A stretch of DNA of 37,393 bases from a virus (Duplodnaviria > Caudoviricetes): the IMG/VR virus record IMGVR_UViG_3300012038_000026, positions 1 to 37,393 of that record. The stretch is one strand, 5' to 3'. A program made the position numbers and the translations under genes. How positions within the stretch are numbered: position 1 is the stretch's first letter; each line of letters opens with the position of its first letter. This document shows, piece after piece, positions 27,558 to 37,046 of this stretch. The notes beneath the pieces were generated by a model, which had not been told where the DNA came from, searched no databases, and worked only from the letters and a program-made list of their open reading frames with translations.

Positions 27558-28508
27558 CTAGTCGTTGACCACAGCGTGCGTGCGGTACTGCTTCCACGTG
27601 CAGAACTGGCACTGCGTGATGACACGCTGACCATAGCCGTCGATAGTCCACGGCGCAGTCAGGTCAACATTCTTCATGTTGTTGTCACCAAGGATGTGCA
27701 GTCGCAGGTACGTGTCGTTAAGGAAGTACGCACGATCAACGGGGCAGCTTTCATCGTAGATGATCGGCACACCGTTGTGCGACACACCATCGAAGCCGAG
27801 GTCCATCATGCGCTTGCCGCTGCTTGTGTTCGTCAGCGGGATGGTGAGCTTAGCACGCACCGCAGCACGATACAGGCGATAGTGATTGCGTCCTGCAATG
27901 ATAACTTTAGGACGCTCTGTGCCCTGTTTGAGATCGAGGAGGACATCATCATATGCCTCTTCGATGTTCGTGGCGTTGAGAGTACCCGCGAAGTCATATG
28001 ACGAAGAACGCCATTGCACTTCGGCTGCACGATCAACACCAGCAAGTGATCCAGTGGTAGGATCATCAGGTACAAGAATGGCAAGTCCATTCGGATCATT
28101 GCCGCCACCAAGTCCGTACAAGTAAGCAGAGAACTTCTCCTTGATGGAGAGTTCAAGTGCTTCCAACTTGCCCTGCAGCAGCTTGACAGCAGCAGCTTCA
28201 CCCTTGTTCTCATCTTCCTCTTGATTGGAGATGATCACAGTGCCTGCAATACGCGACCAGCGGTATTCAAGCTTGATGAACTCCTGCGTCTGCACAACTG
28301 GCAGTGCATCGTAGTACGAGTAGCTGCCCACTGTCGGATTGCGTCCGGTCATCAGTGGATTGGTGATGTTGTAACCGCTTGGTTCATTCTCAATGCGGTC
28401 ACGTGCAAAGCACCACGCCATAAGCGCGTTGCTCTGCATGGCGGCGATGATGAGCTTCTTACGACTACGCTCAATCGTCGTCGCGAGGACGTTCTGAAGT
28501 ACAGGCAT
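27558..28508 (-). CDS. Major capsid protein (HK97 fold)
   Basis: 316 aa after the scaffold; LATTIE...SNALM, GSYSYYD.L, DPNGLA.LV, LAGVDRA..QW, LGFDGV..NGVPIIYDE.CP, YFLN..YL patterns. Confidence 0.85.
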   Translation of the reverse strand: MPVLQNVLATTIERSRKKLIIAAMQSNALMAWCFARDRIENEPSGYNITNPLMTGRNPTVGSYSYYDALPVVQTQEFIKLEYRWSRIAGTVIISNQEEDENKGEAAAVKLLQGKLEALELSIKEKFSAYLYGLGGGNDPNGLAILVPDDPTTGSLAGVDRAAEVQWRSSSYDFAGTLNATNIEEAYDDVLLDLKQGTERPKVIIAGRNHYRLYRAAVRAKLTIPLTNTSSGKRMMDLGFDGVSHNGVPIIYDESCPVDRAYFLNDTYLRLHILGDNNMKNVDLTAPWTIDGYGQRVITQCQFCTWKQYRTHAVVND

Positions 28509-28520
28509 CGTTCACTGATC

Positions 28521-29591
28521 CTATTTGTTGTTAAGTTCAGTGAAGACAGCACTAGCAATGTCACGCCACGGCGTGTTGCTCTTGAAGTCTCCACGCGAGT
28601 TATCAGTTCTGTGCGTTGGGAGACTGCCGTTTGGCTGCATACTGCGCATATCACCCGGTGTGGACGGTCTGCGCTGCTGACCACCACCATTACCGCGTTG
28701 GCGCTGCATAGCTGCTTCAATCTGCGGTTTGAGTGGTGAAGTGAAGTCAAAGCCACGGCGTTCTACCCAACTGCGTAGTTCAAAGTACGCTCGTTCCGGC
28801 GTCAAGCCATGATTTGCAACTAATCCGCTGATTTCGTTGCCATGCGTGTCAGCATGTGGGTGTGTTTGTATGAATTGTTCAGCCTGCTCTACAGCACGCT
28901 CATTTAGTTGCTGTTCTTGCTGTCTCTGCTTGGTTTGTTGCTCAAGCGGACCTAATCTACGGTCCAATTCGTTGGTAATGACGCGCGCATTGATAGCTGG
29001 CACCGCATCATGACCAAACAAGTCGTCCATAGTGACGCCCGTGGCTAAAACACGCGCAACAATGTCACGCACAGCCATGATCGGGTCTTTTTCAGCCATT
29101 GCACGAAGCTGAATAGCTTCTTGTGCCATCTGTGGTGAGATGTTGTTCGTCTTCATCAGCCCATCGAGGGCTTGGAAGCTCTGAACATGCTCCTGCAGCT
29201 TGCGCAAGTCACGATGCGCTTGATTTGCAGCGTACTGCGCACGATTGAGGTTGTATGCTAGCTGCTTTTCGCGCCGTGTAGTAGCAACGATGTTGCCATT
29301 CTTATCAAGTAGCTCGCCACGCGCGCCCTTACGGGGTTTGTCTGGGAAAAGTTGATCGTCCTTGGTGTCTTTGCGTGGAGTGTGACGATCACTTCCGGTT
29401 TCTTTTCGCTGCTCTCCTCCGTCTTGACTAGCAGCACCTCCAGTATTGACGTCTTGTGGCTGTGCGCCGTCATTCGTGACGTCAAGCTGACCACCCTCTC
29501 CACCGTCTCCTGCATCGGGCTGCTCCTGCGGCGCTTCTTTGATACCGAAGCTGTCGCCTACTGCTGACATCAAGTCTTTTTCTTCGGCCAT
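28521..29591 (-). CDS. Capsid scaffolding protein
   Basis: Acidic disordered N-terminus, Gln-rich coiled coils; located between portal and capsid; GGAGG RBS. Confidence 0.7.
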   Translation of the reverse strand: MAEEKDLMSAVGDSFGIKEAPQEQPDAGDGGEGGQLDVTNDGAQPQDVNTGGAASQDGGEQRKETGSDRHTPRKDTKDDQLFPDKPRKGARGELLDKNGNIVATTRREKQLAYNLNRAQYAANQAHRDLRKLQEHVQSFQALDGLMKTNNISPQMAQEAIQLRAMAEKDPIMAVRDIVARVLATGVTMDDLFGHDAVPAINARVITNELDRRLGPLEQQTKQRQQEQQLNERAVEQAEQFIQTHPHADTHGNEISGLVANHGLTPERAYFELRSWVERRGFDFTSPLKPQIEAAMQRQRGNGGGQQRRPSTPGDMRSMQPNGSLPTHRTDNSRGDFKSNTPWRDIASAVFTELNNK

Positions 29592-29603
29592 TTAAGCCTC
29601 CTA

Positions 29604-31931
29604 CTAAGCAGCAGCACCACGCTGCATTCCACCGATCAGCTGCGAAGCTATATCAGCTACACTACTACCACGTGCAAGCTGTACACCGATTGTCTGCTTT
29701 AATTCAGGTGGCAAACCGTCAATAAGTCGTGCTACCTCTTGCACAATTGAGGCTATGTCGTCAACCTGTGGCCCACTTCCTCCACCACCTGCTGCGCCAC
29801 CACCGCCTTGCGATGCGCCCTGTGCTTGTGCACGCATCTTTGCCATTTCAAGCATGCGCTGCTGTTGTCTATCAGCGCCCTGCTGTGCGCCTTGCTGATC
29901 CATCTGCTCAGCCTGCTGTTGTTCAGGCGACGGACCTTGCACTTCCTTCATGATGCCTTTGTATATCAGCTCCCAATCTTCCTGCGAGACAGTGACGTTG
30001 TCGAACGCTTGTGATAGGACTTTGAGAGCGACAACTGCAGCAATAGGAGTTGCACGTGTAAATTGACCAATGATTTGTGAAATCTGGAGTGCTTGCTCCT
30101 TCTTCGCTCGCGATGTCGGCTTAAGTGTAGAACCGCCCACGACACGCGGAGTAAACAAGCGACGAATGTCTGTTGCATTCATCGTCTCCCATTGTGAACC
30201 TAGTTCTTCACCTACAAGTGTGATGACTTCTTGCTTCTCCATGAACTGCATGCACATCTGCGCAGTGAGCCACAGCACTGTGCCTACGCTGTCTTCAATA
30301 GCGTCCATCTTCTCATCAGCGCGTGTTTGTATCTGTGACTCGTAGCTCTCAATTGCTTTGTTGGTGGTGTTTGTCTTGTACTCTACACCACGCTGCACGC
30401 TAGCTACACCTGACAAGCGGTCGATGGCTTCAAGCGTTGGTTTCTTGTCGAAGAACTTCATCGCATCGGCTGATGGAGGTAGCAATGGGCCTAACACATC
30501 ACCGAGCTTCTTACCTTCAGGCAGGTCAACACCAATGGTGTTGCTGTCATGCGTGCCTGCTACTAGTGCTTCAAGCACGCTGTTGTCTTTCAGCGAGTTC
30601 TTATCATACACCACTTTGCCTGCGGCGAACTTACGGACTTTTGCCCATTCATTGTTGATAATGTTGATGTCATCCTGTTGATCCAAGTAGTAAGTAACTT
30701 CTCCCTTCGCATACATTGTAATTGGGTCTGTGTGGAACTCCATTGGCACAACACTGAAGAACTGGTCGAGCGAGTAAGGATCGTCCCACACCCACAACGG
30801 ATAACACCAGTCGTTGCAATTATAGAGTTCAACTCGTCTGGTAACTTTGTCCCACACATATACTACCTTCGTCATCTGCGCTGCGAGGAAGCTGCGTTGA
30901 TCTGCGTATCCGTACTTGCTGTACTCGGAAGTTGAATAGCTAAATAGTTGGAAGTTGTCTGTCTGACCACGTTCACCTTGGTCTGGGCTGACACCTGCCT
31001 TGATGACGTTGGTTGGTGAAAATACAGACTCCCACTCGTCGCTATCTGGCTTCTTCCGTCCATAACGAGCGCGTAGTAATGAAGTATACATGAGGTCTTC
31101 AATCATCACCCAATTGCAAGGACCACTAAGATCAAGGTCAGTAGCTGTAGGATCAACAATGATTTGATCAGGACGGCGCACCTTGCACCACGGTCCACTA
31201 GGTGAGAGCATGTCGATGGTTTCTTCCAACGCAAGTAGCTTGCCTTCACACTCTTTGATGTCTTTCTGTGAAGTTGCCTTCTCAAGCTCCAAGCTGAGCT
31301 TCTGTATCTCCTCAAGTGCAGCCTCACTGCTTTGTTCGCGGAGTGTATATCCAACCTCGAACCAGCCTAGGTTTGTGAGACTTGTGCTTACGATGTTGCG
31401 CTTCACCTTGCGCTTGAGGTTCAATCCCGGTGTTGTCTTCTTTGCAGCCAGTACGTTGACAAGCTTCTCTACCACTCTTGCTTTTTGTTGATCGGCTTTG
31501 TCTTCGCACGTAAACTCCGCATCAGGGTTCTTCGTGAATAGTAGTGGAACGAGTGCGCTGACGTTGGCAAAGACAATGTTCTCTGTACTGTCGAAGTTGC
31601 CAGCGAGCGACTTACCTGCAGCGGTGTTGTCTTCTTCATGGCGGCTACCTGCACCTTGACGTGTGTGATCATGGCGGTAGTACCTGTATGCTTCATTCCA
31701 AGCGTCGGTGTTCTTGCTCATCGCTGCGCGGCCTTGATCGTAGCGTGAGTGCCACAACGGCCCGCGATGCTTGCTGACAGGTATCTTGCTCTCACCTATA
31801 ACGCGGTATATAGGAGCGTCATCAGCAGGAGCAGCACCGTCAGACATAACACCGTCATAGCTATTAAACGCTTTGTCATCCTCTGAGGTGCCCGGCGTAG
31901 CGGTGCGTTCCTGCTCATAATCATCAGCCAT
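29604..31931 (-). CDS. Portal protein
   Basis: 775 aa after the terminase; NIVFANVSALVPLLFTKNP, IDRLSGVASVQRG...TT, Gln-rich C-terminal extension (P22-like portal barrel). Confidence 0.85.
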   Translation of the reverse strand: MADDYEQERTATPGTSEDDKAFNSYDGVMSDGAAPADDAPIYRVIGESKIPVSKHRGPLWHSRYDQGRAAMSKNTDAWNEAYRYYRHDHTRQGAGSRHEEDNTAAGKSLAGNFDSTENIVFANVSALVPLLFTKNPDAEFTCEDKADQQKARVVEKLVNVLAAKKTTPGLNLKRKVKRNIVSTSLTNLGWFEVGYTLREQSSEAALEEIQKLSLELEKATSQKDIKECEGKLLALEETIDMLSPSGPWCKVRRPDQIIVDPTATDLDLSGPCNWVMIEDLMYTSLLRARYGRKKPDSDEWESVFSPTNVIKAGVSPDQGERGQTDNFQLFSYSTSEYSKYGYADQRSFLAAQMTKVVYVWDKVTRRVELYNCNDWCYPLWVWDDPYSLDQFFSVVPMEFHTDPITMYAKGEVTYYLDQQDDINIINNEWAKVRKFAAGKVVYDKNSLKDNSVLEALVAGTHDSNTIGVDLPEGKKLGDVLGPLLPPSADAMKFFDKKPTLEAIDRLSGVASVQRGVEYKTNTTNKAIESYESQIQTRADEKMDAIEDSVGTVLWLTAQMCMQFMEKQEVITLVGEELGSQWETMNATDIRRLFTPRVVGGSTLKPTSRAKKEQALQISQIIGQFTRATPIAAVVALKVLSQAFDNVTVSQEDWELIYKGIMKEVQGPSPEQQQAEQMDQQGAQQGADRQQQRMLEMAKMRAQAQGASQGGGGAAGGGGSGPQVDDIASIVQEVARLIDGLPPELKQTIGVQLARGSSVADIASQLIGGMQRGAAA

Positions 31932-32116
31932 CAGATAAGTCCTTTGGTATTAGCGAGCCACTCTGGCATTGTGAATGTGCCATCGCCATTGTCAGTAGTC
32001 TTTGACTTAGGCACCCACACCTTTTGCTCACCATCGTCTATCAGATAAGCGAGAGCTGTTTCATGTTCTAACTCTGCAGTGATAGTGCACGTCTCTTCCT
32101 CTCTTACCTTACCCAT
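31931..32116 (-). CDS. Hypothetical protein (61 aa)
   Basis: HETALAYLIDDG..KVWVPKS...FTMPEWLA..KGLI; overlaps both neighbours; AAGGAG RBS. Confidence 0.75.
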   Translation of the reverse strand: MGKVREEETCTITAELEHETALAYLIDDGEQKVWVPKSKTTDNGDGTFTMPEWLANTKGLI

Positions 32117-33710
32117 AGCGGTGTCTCCTTGGGTTCTCTGCTTCGTGATCGCGCTCTTGCCAAGTCATATAACTCGGTATGCGATCAGCAGCAGAAACGA
32201 TATACTTGCCAATGTCAGGCATATCACTGAGTAGGTAGCGTACGTTGTCCATTGCATGGTCGTTACGATCTACTGGTTTGTCTATGCGCTCACCTGATGT
32301 TGACTGCTGCCAGAAGTAGCCAGTTATCTCATCAGTCCACCAGTCAAGCTTAGAGTTAACGAATAAACGAGGTGAGCCAGCAGTACGCTGCACGGGATGC
32401 AGAAGGCGATGATTGATATTGAGATAACTGCCCACCTTAACAATGCCATTGGCGATGTCATTGTTACCTCGACGCATGTAGATGCCGTCTTCTTTGAACA
32501 TATCTGCTATAGTCTTACCAACGGTGCGCTTGTTGACTGTACGTCTACCGAAGATTGATGGATCGGCGATGCACTTGTGCATTTCGTCAGGCGTAAACTC
32601 CCACTTCTGTCTAATGCGCTTGATCTCATGTATTTGTTCATCAAGCGAGAACTCCTTTCGATAGAAGCCATCGCAGATGATGACGTGCTGTTCAGGAGAT
32701 ACAAATGCAAGCGTGTAGCATGAAGGCTGCGCTTGGCCGTAGTCATATGCTTCGATCCAGTTTGGCTGATAGTGTGTTTCGATGTATCCATCCAACAATG
32801 CACGGATGTTTCCTTCTTGCAGCAAGTGGACGCTATTGTCGAACTGTGGGTAGACAAGTCCTTCGTATGCAACCCATCTTCCAAGCAGAAAACGGTCACG
32901 TTGTTGACCACTGTACATTGTTTCCAATGTTTGGATAAAGTCGCCTCCTTCAGCTTCGTGTACATGTCGTAGCTCGTACGTGCTGCCTTCAACGACTTCA
33001 ATTAATAACTGCGGTTTGCCGTCTACGCCTAGCACAGGTCTGCGTTCTTTATCACGCACACAGATAAGGTCATCTGTTATTACGCCAGTGCGTTGGTACT
33101 GCTGCAAGGGACGGACTAGTTTAGTGTACACCCAATTGCCTGTTGGATTGCACGTGAGCATCATCCAACGTGGGCCTGTCACAGGCATTGCAGCATCTTC
33201 ACCTACATAGCGCGCTCTACCACGCAAGCGACCGAACAAGTCGAGAAAGTCCTTATGTGTTATCTCTGGGTCTTCTACTTGATCGACGATGACCCAATCG
33301 AATGTTGCGCTTAGAAGGTTGGAAGAACTGCTCTCCGTCTTCGTCCCCTGTTGCGCTATGTATCTGAAGTAGATCGAAGTCCCATTCTTGAGGTGACAGA
33401 TGTTGTCTCCGTTTTGTCCGACGCTGAAGGAGACGATCCACTTTGGGGGACACCACTTGATGAACTCCTTCCGAATAGTATCGTTGAGCTTTGGATAGGT
33501 AGATCGTGAAATAAGTCCAGTTGAACCGGGATACTTGTCTGCAAGTTGCAAGGCTTTGATGACGGCTGCTGTTGTCTTGCCATTGCCAAATCCTCCACCG
33601 TAGATTTGTAGCTTGGCAGTTGATTGCAGGAAGCGATCCTGCAAGCTGCCTTCCTTAAGCAGCAGTTCAGGTCGTTCAGCTACGTGTACAGTACGCGGAC
33701 GACTAGCCAT
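32109..33710 (-). CDS. terL: Terminase large subunit
   Basis: YGGGFGNGKT Walker A, WVIVDQVE Walker B, LTCNP motif, RFLLGRW..YEGLVY, AYDYG, IADPS, NDHAMDNVRY nuclease motif. Confidence 0.93.
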   Translation of the reverse strand: MASRPRTVHVAERPELLLKEGSLQDRFLQSTAKLQIYGGGFGNGKTTAAVIKALQLADKYPGSTGLISRSTYPKLNDTIRKEFIKWCPPKWIVSFSVGQNGDNICHLKNGTSIYFRYIAQQGTKTESSSSNLLSATFDWVIVDQVEDPEITHKDFLDLFGRLRGRARYVGEDAAMPVTGPRWMMLTCNPTGNWVYTKLVRPLQQYQRTGVITDDLICVRDKERRPVLGVDGKPQLLIEVVEGSTYELRHVHEAEGGDFIQTLETMYSGQQRDRFLLGRWVAYEGLVYPQFDNSVHLLQEGNIRALLDGYIETHYQPNWIEAYDYGQAQPSCYTLAFVSPEQHVIICDGFYRKEFSLDEQIHEIKRIRQKWEFTPDEMHKCIADPSIFGRRTVNKRTVGKTIADMFKEDGIYMRRGNNDIANGIVKVGSYLNINHRLLHPVQRTAGSPRLFVNSKLDWWTDEITGYFWQQSTSGERIDKPVDRNDHAMDNVRYLLSDMPDIGKYIVSAADRIPSYMTWQERDHEAENPRRHRYG

Positions 33711-33897
33711 TAGCGAACCACAACGGACGTGGGCGTCTCCATTCGCTACTATACGATGGTCGCACAGCACCACAGCGCCGACAGTACTTTACCTCTACAC
33801 CGCTGCCGTCACCTTCCAGAATGTCAGCAGCTACATGCGCGCCATCGTGGGGACAGCGTTGCATCCAACGATCAATTAACCAGTCAACGATCTGCAT
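33703..33897 (-). CDS. Small putative zinc-binding protein (64 aa)
   Basis: CPH...CRRCG; overlaps the terL start. Confidence 0.55.
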   Translation of the reverse strand: MQIVDWLIDRWMQRCPHDGAHVAADILEGDGSGVEVKYCRRCGAVRPSYSSEWRRPRPLWFANG

Positions 33898-33900
33898 TGT

Positions 33901-34035
33901 TCAACACCTGATAGCGTCAACACCGACGTTGCATGGTGATGCAGCGATGAAGATGGCGATCATGATCACTGCAATAGCCATGCCTACTACAGCACCTACA
34001 GCGATGACGCCTGCACCTACTACAAGTCGATCCAC
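33901..34035 (-). CDS. 44-aa membrane peptide; not in the ORF track
   Basis: Manual translation MDRLVVGAGVIAVGAVVGMAIAVIMIAIFIAASPCNVGVDAIRC from GTG; fills the gap; weak RBS. Confidence 0.45.
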   Translation of the reverse strand: MDRLVVGAGVIAVGAVVGMAIAVIMIAIFIAASPCNVGVDAIRC

Positions 34036-34223
34036 TTGTTGCCGCCGATGTTGCGATACACATCGCCTGTTGCGCTGTCTGCTCTCAACTCACTGGCGTA
34101 GCCTGCAGTGCTAGGTACACCTGCTGCGAACGTAGTAGGCACGCAGTAGCTAACATCAACAGGACCAGTAGGATGACCGTTAGCCTTGATGCCTTGACCG
34201 TCTTTGTTAGGTACGATAGCCAT
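34020..34223 (-). CDS. Hypothetical protein (67 aa)
   Basis: Start reassigned to ATG 34223 after AGGAG; MAIVPNKDGQG...KWIDL. Confidence 0.7.
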   Translation of the reverse strand: MAIVPNKDGQGIKANGHPTGPVDVSYCVPTTFAAGVPSTAGYASELRADSATGDVYRNIGGNKWIDL

Positions 34224-34233
34224 GCTACTTCTC

Positions 34234-34320
34234 CTACTTGATGAATATAAAGAACAACACAATGGTGATAGCTGCACCAGTGAGCGCACCACCGAAGAAC
34301 TCTACATCGAAGCGCATCAT
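34234..34320 (-). CDS. 28-aa single-TM peptide; not in the ORF track
   Basis: MMRFDVEFFGGALTGAAITIVLFFIFIK; ATGA overlap with the terS stop; fills the gap exactly. Confidence 0.5.
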   Translation of the reverse strand: MMRFDVEFFGGALTGAAITIVLFFIFIK

Positions 34321-34970
34321 TCTTTAATCACCTGAACGGTGATGTCTTTAGCATCAACGTCGATGGTAGGCATCTGCTTAGGCTTCGCCACTTCGCGTAT
34401 GTGACGAATAGTAAGACCGCCCTCTAATGAGTGACGATGCTCTAGCACCTGCTTAGGTGAGAAGCCTCCGCGGTCGAGCATGTTCATCAGGATGCGAGAC
34501 TTAGTAGCTGGGCGTGTATCTTCGTCTTCCAGCAAGTCCTCTAAGCCGTCGAGTGCTTTGCCACTCATAGCGTCGATGCGCTTCTGCACATCATCAGCGG
34601 TGAGAGCGGCGAGGTTGTCTTTGATGAGTAGATCAAGCTGCTGAAACAGCTGCAGCCCTTTGATCATGTCAATCTGGCTAAGCTTCAAGCCAGTAGCGTC
34701 TGCAATCTCAGCGTCGTTGATGCCTAGGGTGAAGTACAGCCACACTACACCAGCAGTAGTAATAGCTTTACTGTCAGCAGGGAGATCAACAAGACCACGA
34801 CGCACCACGCGATTGTTACGATCACGTCCCCTAACTGTAGCAGCTTGCTTTGTCTGTTTGAACTTGTCGGTCTGCTGTTGAATAACGGCTTCAGGCGACG
34901 TAGTCGGCAGTATTGCCTGACCCGTGCGTGTATCAATGATAAGACCATTTGCAAGTGGTAAGTCTGTCAT
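34317..34970 (-). CDS. terS: Putative terminase small subunit
   Basis: HTH-like GINDAEIADATGLKLSQI, helical ALDGLEDLL...MLDRGGF, beta-rich tail; upstream of terL. Confidence 0.6.
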   Translation of the reverse strand: MTDLPLANGLIIDTRTGQAILPTTSPEAVIQQQTDKFKQTKQAATVRGRDRNNRVVRRGLVDLPADSKAITTAGVVWLYFTLGINDAEIADATGLKLSQIDMIKGLQLFQQLDLLIKDNLAALTADDVQKRIDAMSGKALDGLEDLLEDEDTRPATKSRILMNMLDRGGFSPKQVLEHRHSLEGGLTIRHIREVAKPKQMPTIDVDAKDITVQVIKE

Positions 34971-35230
34971 CGCCCCTTGCCACTGCCTGACATCTTTCTG
35001 TACATCTCAGCAATCATCTGCTGCTGTTGATCACGTGGGTCTGTACTAACTCTGCCTCCTCCCTCTACACCGCCACCCTTCTGTGGTGTAGCTGGACCTT
35101 TGACAGTGCGGAATGACTTAGCACCTCTCACTTGCGGTGTAGGAGCCTGTGCACCTTTCATCACAGATGCACTGACAACGTCATCCATCTCAGGCATCTG
35201 TACTTGCTTCTTACGAAATGGCTGCGCCAT
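34967..35230 (-). CDS. Hypothetical protein (87 aa, low complexity)
   Basis: AGGAG RBS; ATGA overlap with the next gene. Confidence 0.65.
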   Translation of the reverse strand: MAQPFRKKQVQMPEMDDVVSASVMKGAQAPTPQVRGAKSFRTVKGPATPQKGGGVEGGGRVSTDPRDQQQQMIAEMYRKMSGSGKGR

Positions 35231-35280
35231 ATGTGTAGCTCCTGTGTAAGTGCGCCGGATGTGACATAAGCCGAGGGAGG

Positions 35281-35634
35281 TTACGCTTCATCATCATCCG
35301 GCGCTGCGACCTCTTCCTCCTGCTCGCCAGTGGGAGGAGTGCCGCCTACTTCATTCAGCATCTGTTGCACTTCATCAGGATCAGCTTCAATGCCGTACTG
35401 CTGCATGAGTTGTTGCAACTGTTCAGGGTCCATCTGCTGAAGCTGCTGGATCATCTGTGTAAGTTCACCACCACTGATGCCGCTCTGCTGTATCAGCTGC
35501 AAGATGCCCGGTGGCAATGATGTCAAGTCTACACCATTCAACTCAGCAGCGCTTGTACTAGCATCACCGCGCCCGACAGGCATATCACCGCCGACAGGCA
35601 TTTCAGCGAACTGGTCTTCAGGTGTAAGAGCCAT
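35281..35634 (-). CDS. Hypothetical acidic, Gln-rich protein (117 aa)
   Basis: AGGAG RBS overlapping the upstream stop. Confidence 0.7.
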   Translation of the reverse strand: MALTPEDQFAEMPVGGDMPVGRGDASTSAAELNGVDLTSLPPGILQLIQQSGISGGELTQMIQQLQQMDPEQLQQLMQQYGIEADPDEVQQMLNEVGGTPPTGEQEEEVAAPDDDEA

Positions 35635-35642
35635 GCTAACTC

Positions 35643-36065
35643 CTACTTGTTGACAGTGCCTAAGATGCCACCGCCACTGTTGCCGCTCTTCTCAACCGGG
35701 TAGCCGCTTGTCGCTACAGTAGGTGTAGCTGGATTAGGCATTGGCATGAAGTAAGGAGTCATCTGTGCTTGGAATGCTTCCTTCTCAAGGATGGTGGTAG
35801 CATGCAGCGGCACGATTGCATAAGGCACGATGGGTATCTTACCACCCATGTCCATGTTGTTGTGCTGCCGTGCTTGCACTTGAGCGACGGTGTACTCAGC
35901 ATTAGCACCGACACCGTTAGCAAGCGCACGGCCAATCTCACCGAATGCTTGACCACCATATGATGCAGTGAGACGTGCTACACTACGCATCGTGGAGTTG
36001 GCTTGCTTCGTGAGTGCGTGAGGCTCACCGAATGTGTGATCCCAACCGCCTGCCCATGCTGGCAT
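35643..36065 (-). CDS. Hypothetical protein, first gene of the late operon
   Basis: Start reassigned to ATG 36065 after AGGAG, downstream of the predicted promoter. Confidence 0.7.
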   Translation of the reverse strand: MPAWAGGWDHTFGEPHALTKQANSTMRSVARLTASYGGQAFGEIGRALANGVGANAEYTVAQVQARQHNNMDMGGKIPIVPYAIVPLHATTILEKEAFQAQMTPYFMPMPNPATPTVATSGYPVEKSGNSGGGILGTVNK

Positions 36066-36096
36066 GATGTACACTCCTGTTGAAAGCTGATCATCG

Positions 36097-36125
36097 CGCA
36101 TAGCACAAAGCTACAGATTTGTCAA
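36097..36125 (-). promoter_or_regulatory. Putative promoter of the structural operon
   Basis: Minus strand TTGACA-17 nt-TATGCG with TGC before the -10. Confidence 0.6.
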
Positions 36126-36136
36126 TGGCTTACAAG

Positions 36137-36153
36137 TATATACTCAGTATACA
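36137..36153. repeat. Dispersed palindrome copy 7 (TATATACTCAGTATACA)
   Basis: 11 nt upstream of the -35 of the structural-operon promoter. Confidence 0.8.
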
Positions 36154-36217
36154 GCAACGGTTGAAGTGACATCCGGCCCGAAGGGCCGGTCCTGAGCCTT
36201 CGTCCGATTGTAAGTGA

Positions 36218-36246
36218 CTTGCATCTACTAACACACATGCTATAAT
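36218..36246 (+). promoter_or_regulatory. Strong sigma70-type promoter (CTTGCRTCTACTA family)
   Basis: TTGCAT (36219-36224), 16 nt, TGC-TATAAT (36241-36246). Confidence 0.75.
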
Positions 36247-36251
36247 ACAAG

Positions 36252-36325
36252 TGTTGTGTTGTTGTAGACATGACATGGTAACTTACGCTCGTTGCAGCTT
36301 AACAACTGCAACGGGCGTCTTTTTA
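36252..36325 (+). ncRNA. Candidate ~70-nt small regulatory RNA
   Basis: Bounded by a consensus promoter and an intrinsic terminator; no RBS-led ORF inside; GU-rich single-stranded 5' seed. Confidence 0.6.
36285..36324 (+). terminator. Rho-independent terminator
   Basis: ACGCTCGTTGCAG / CTGCAACGGGCGT 13-bp stem (one G-U pair) followed by CTTTTT. Confidence 0.8.
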
Positions 36326-36830
36326 TATACAGCGAAGTTTATATGGCAGTACTTAAGTACTCAAACACGCAGCCGTGCAAGCGCTGCTATTAGCAATTTC
36401 ACTGCCACGGTGAGTGGGTGTCAGCGCTCCTACTCAGCTGGCTGCAGCAACAGCTACAGCCCTCTTTTCCTTTCGCACGGGGAGCACCAGTCCGCCGCTG
36501 CAGTTGCAACGCATTCGCATCACGATCGGCAGCGATGCGGTGCGCTGTGCTGTGCTGCTATCTACACAGCATCAATGTGGAATAGGTGCGCTTGGGCCGC
36601 TGCCTGCCTGCACATTGCAGTCGGCAGGTTAGGTTGTACTACATCACATTACACTTGTGCACTGCACCATCATGACATATCAATAATATGAATATGAGCG
36701 CTGATGCGATTGCAGCGCAAGGATGATGCTAGGTAGCGGCTAGAATACAGCGCATCAGTGAGCGGCGCTGCAAGAATGCGGGCACATTGAATTAGAACAC
36801 AACGTGCACGAGTTATGGAATATCTAGCGC

Positions 36831-36839
36831 TTATCCACA
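36831..36839 (+). promoter_or_regulatory. DnaA box (TTATCCACA)
   Basis: Exact match to the R1-type consensus in the non-coding region. Confidence 0.45.
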
Positions 36840-37046
36840 GGACAGGTTGTATATCTGCCGCATGCAATTCGATGCATGGACGGCGGCGCATCGACCACCA
36901 CGCAAGCTAGCGACTGCTAGGCTATATGTGCCGCATGCGCTGGCGGCATGCGGCGCTGTTTGAGGCTTGTTTAGCTGGCAGCTATATGGGCAAGTGCTTG
37001 TTTTACATAGGCTATTTATGTGCGGTGTGTAGTAGCTATAGCCTGA

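Noticed and set aside
7379-33879. Many 60-210 aa ORFs antisense or out of frame to the structural genes
   Set aside because: Shadow ORFs without RBS or motifs, fully overlapping well-supported genes.
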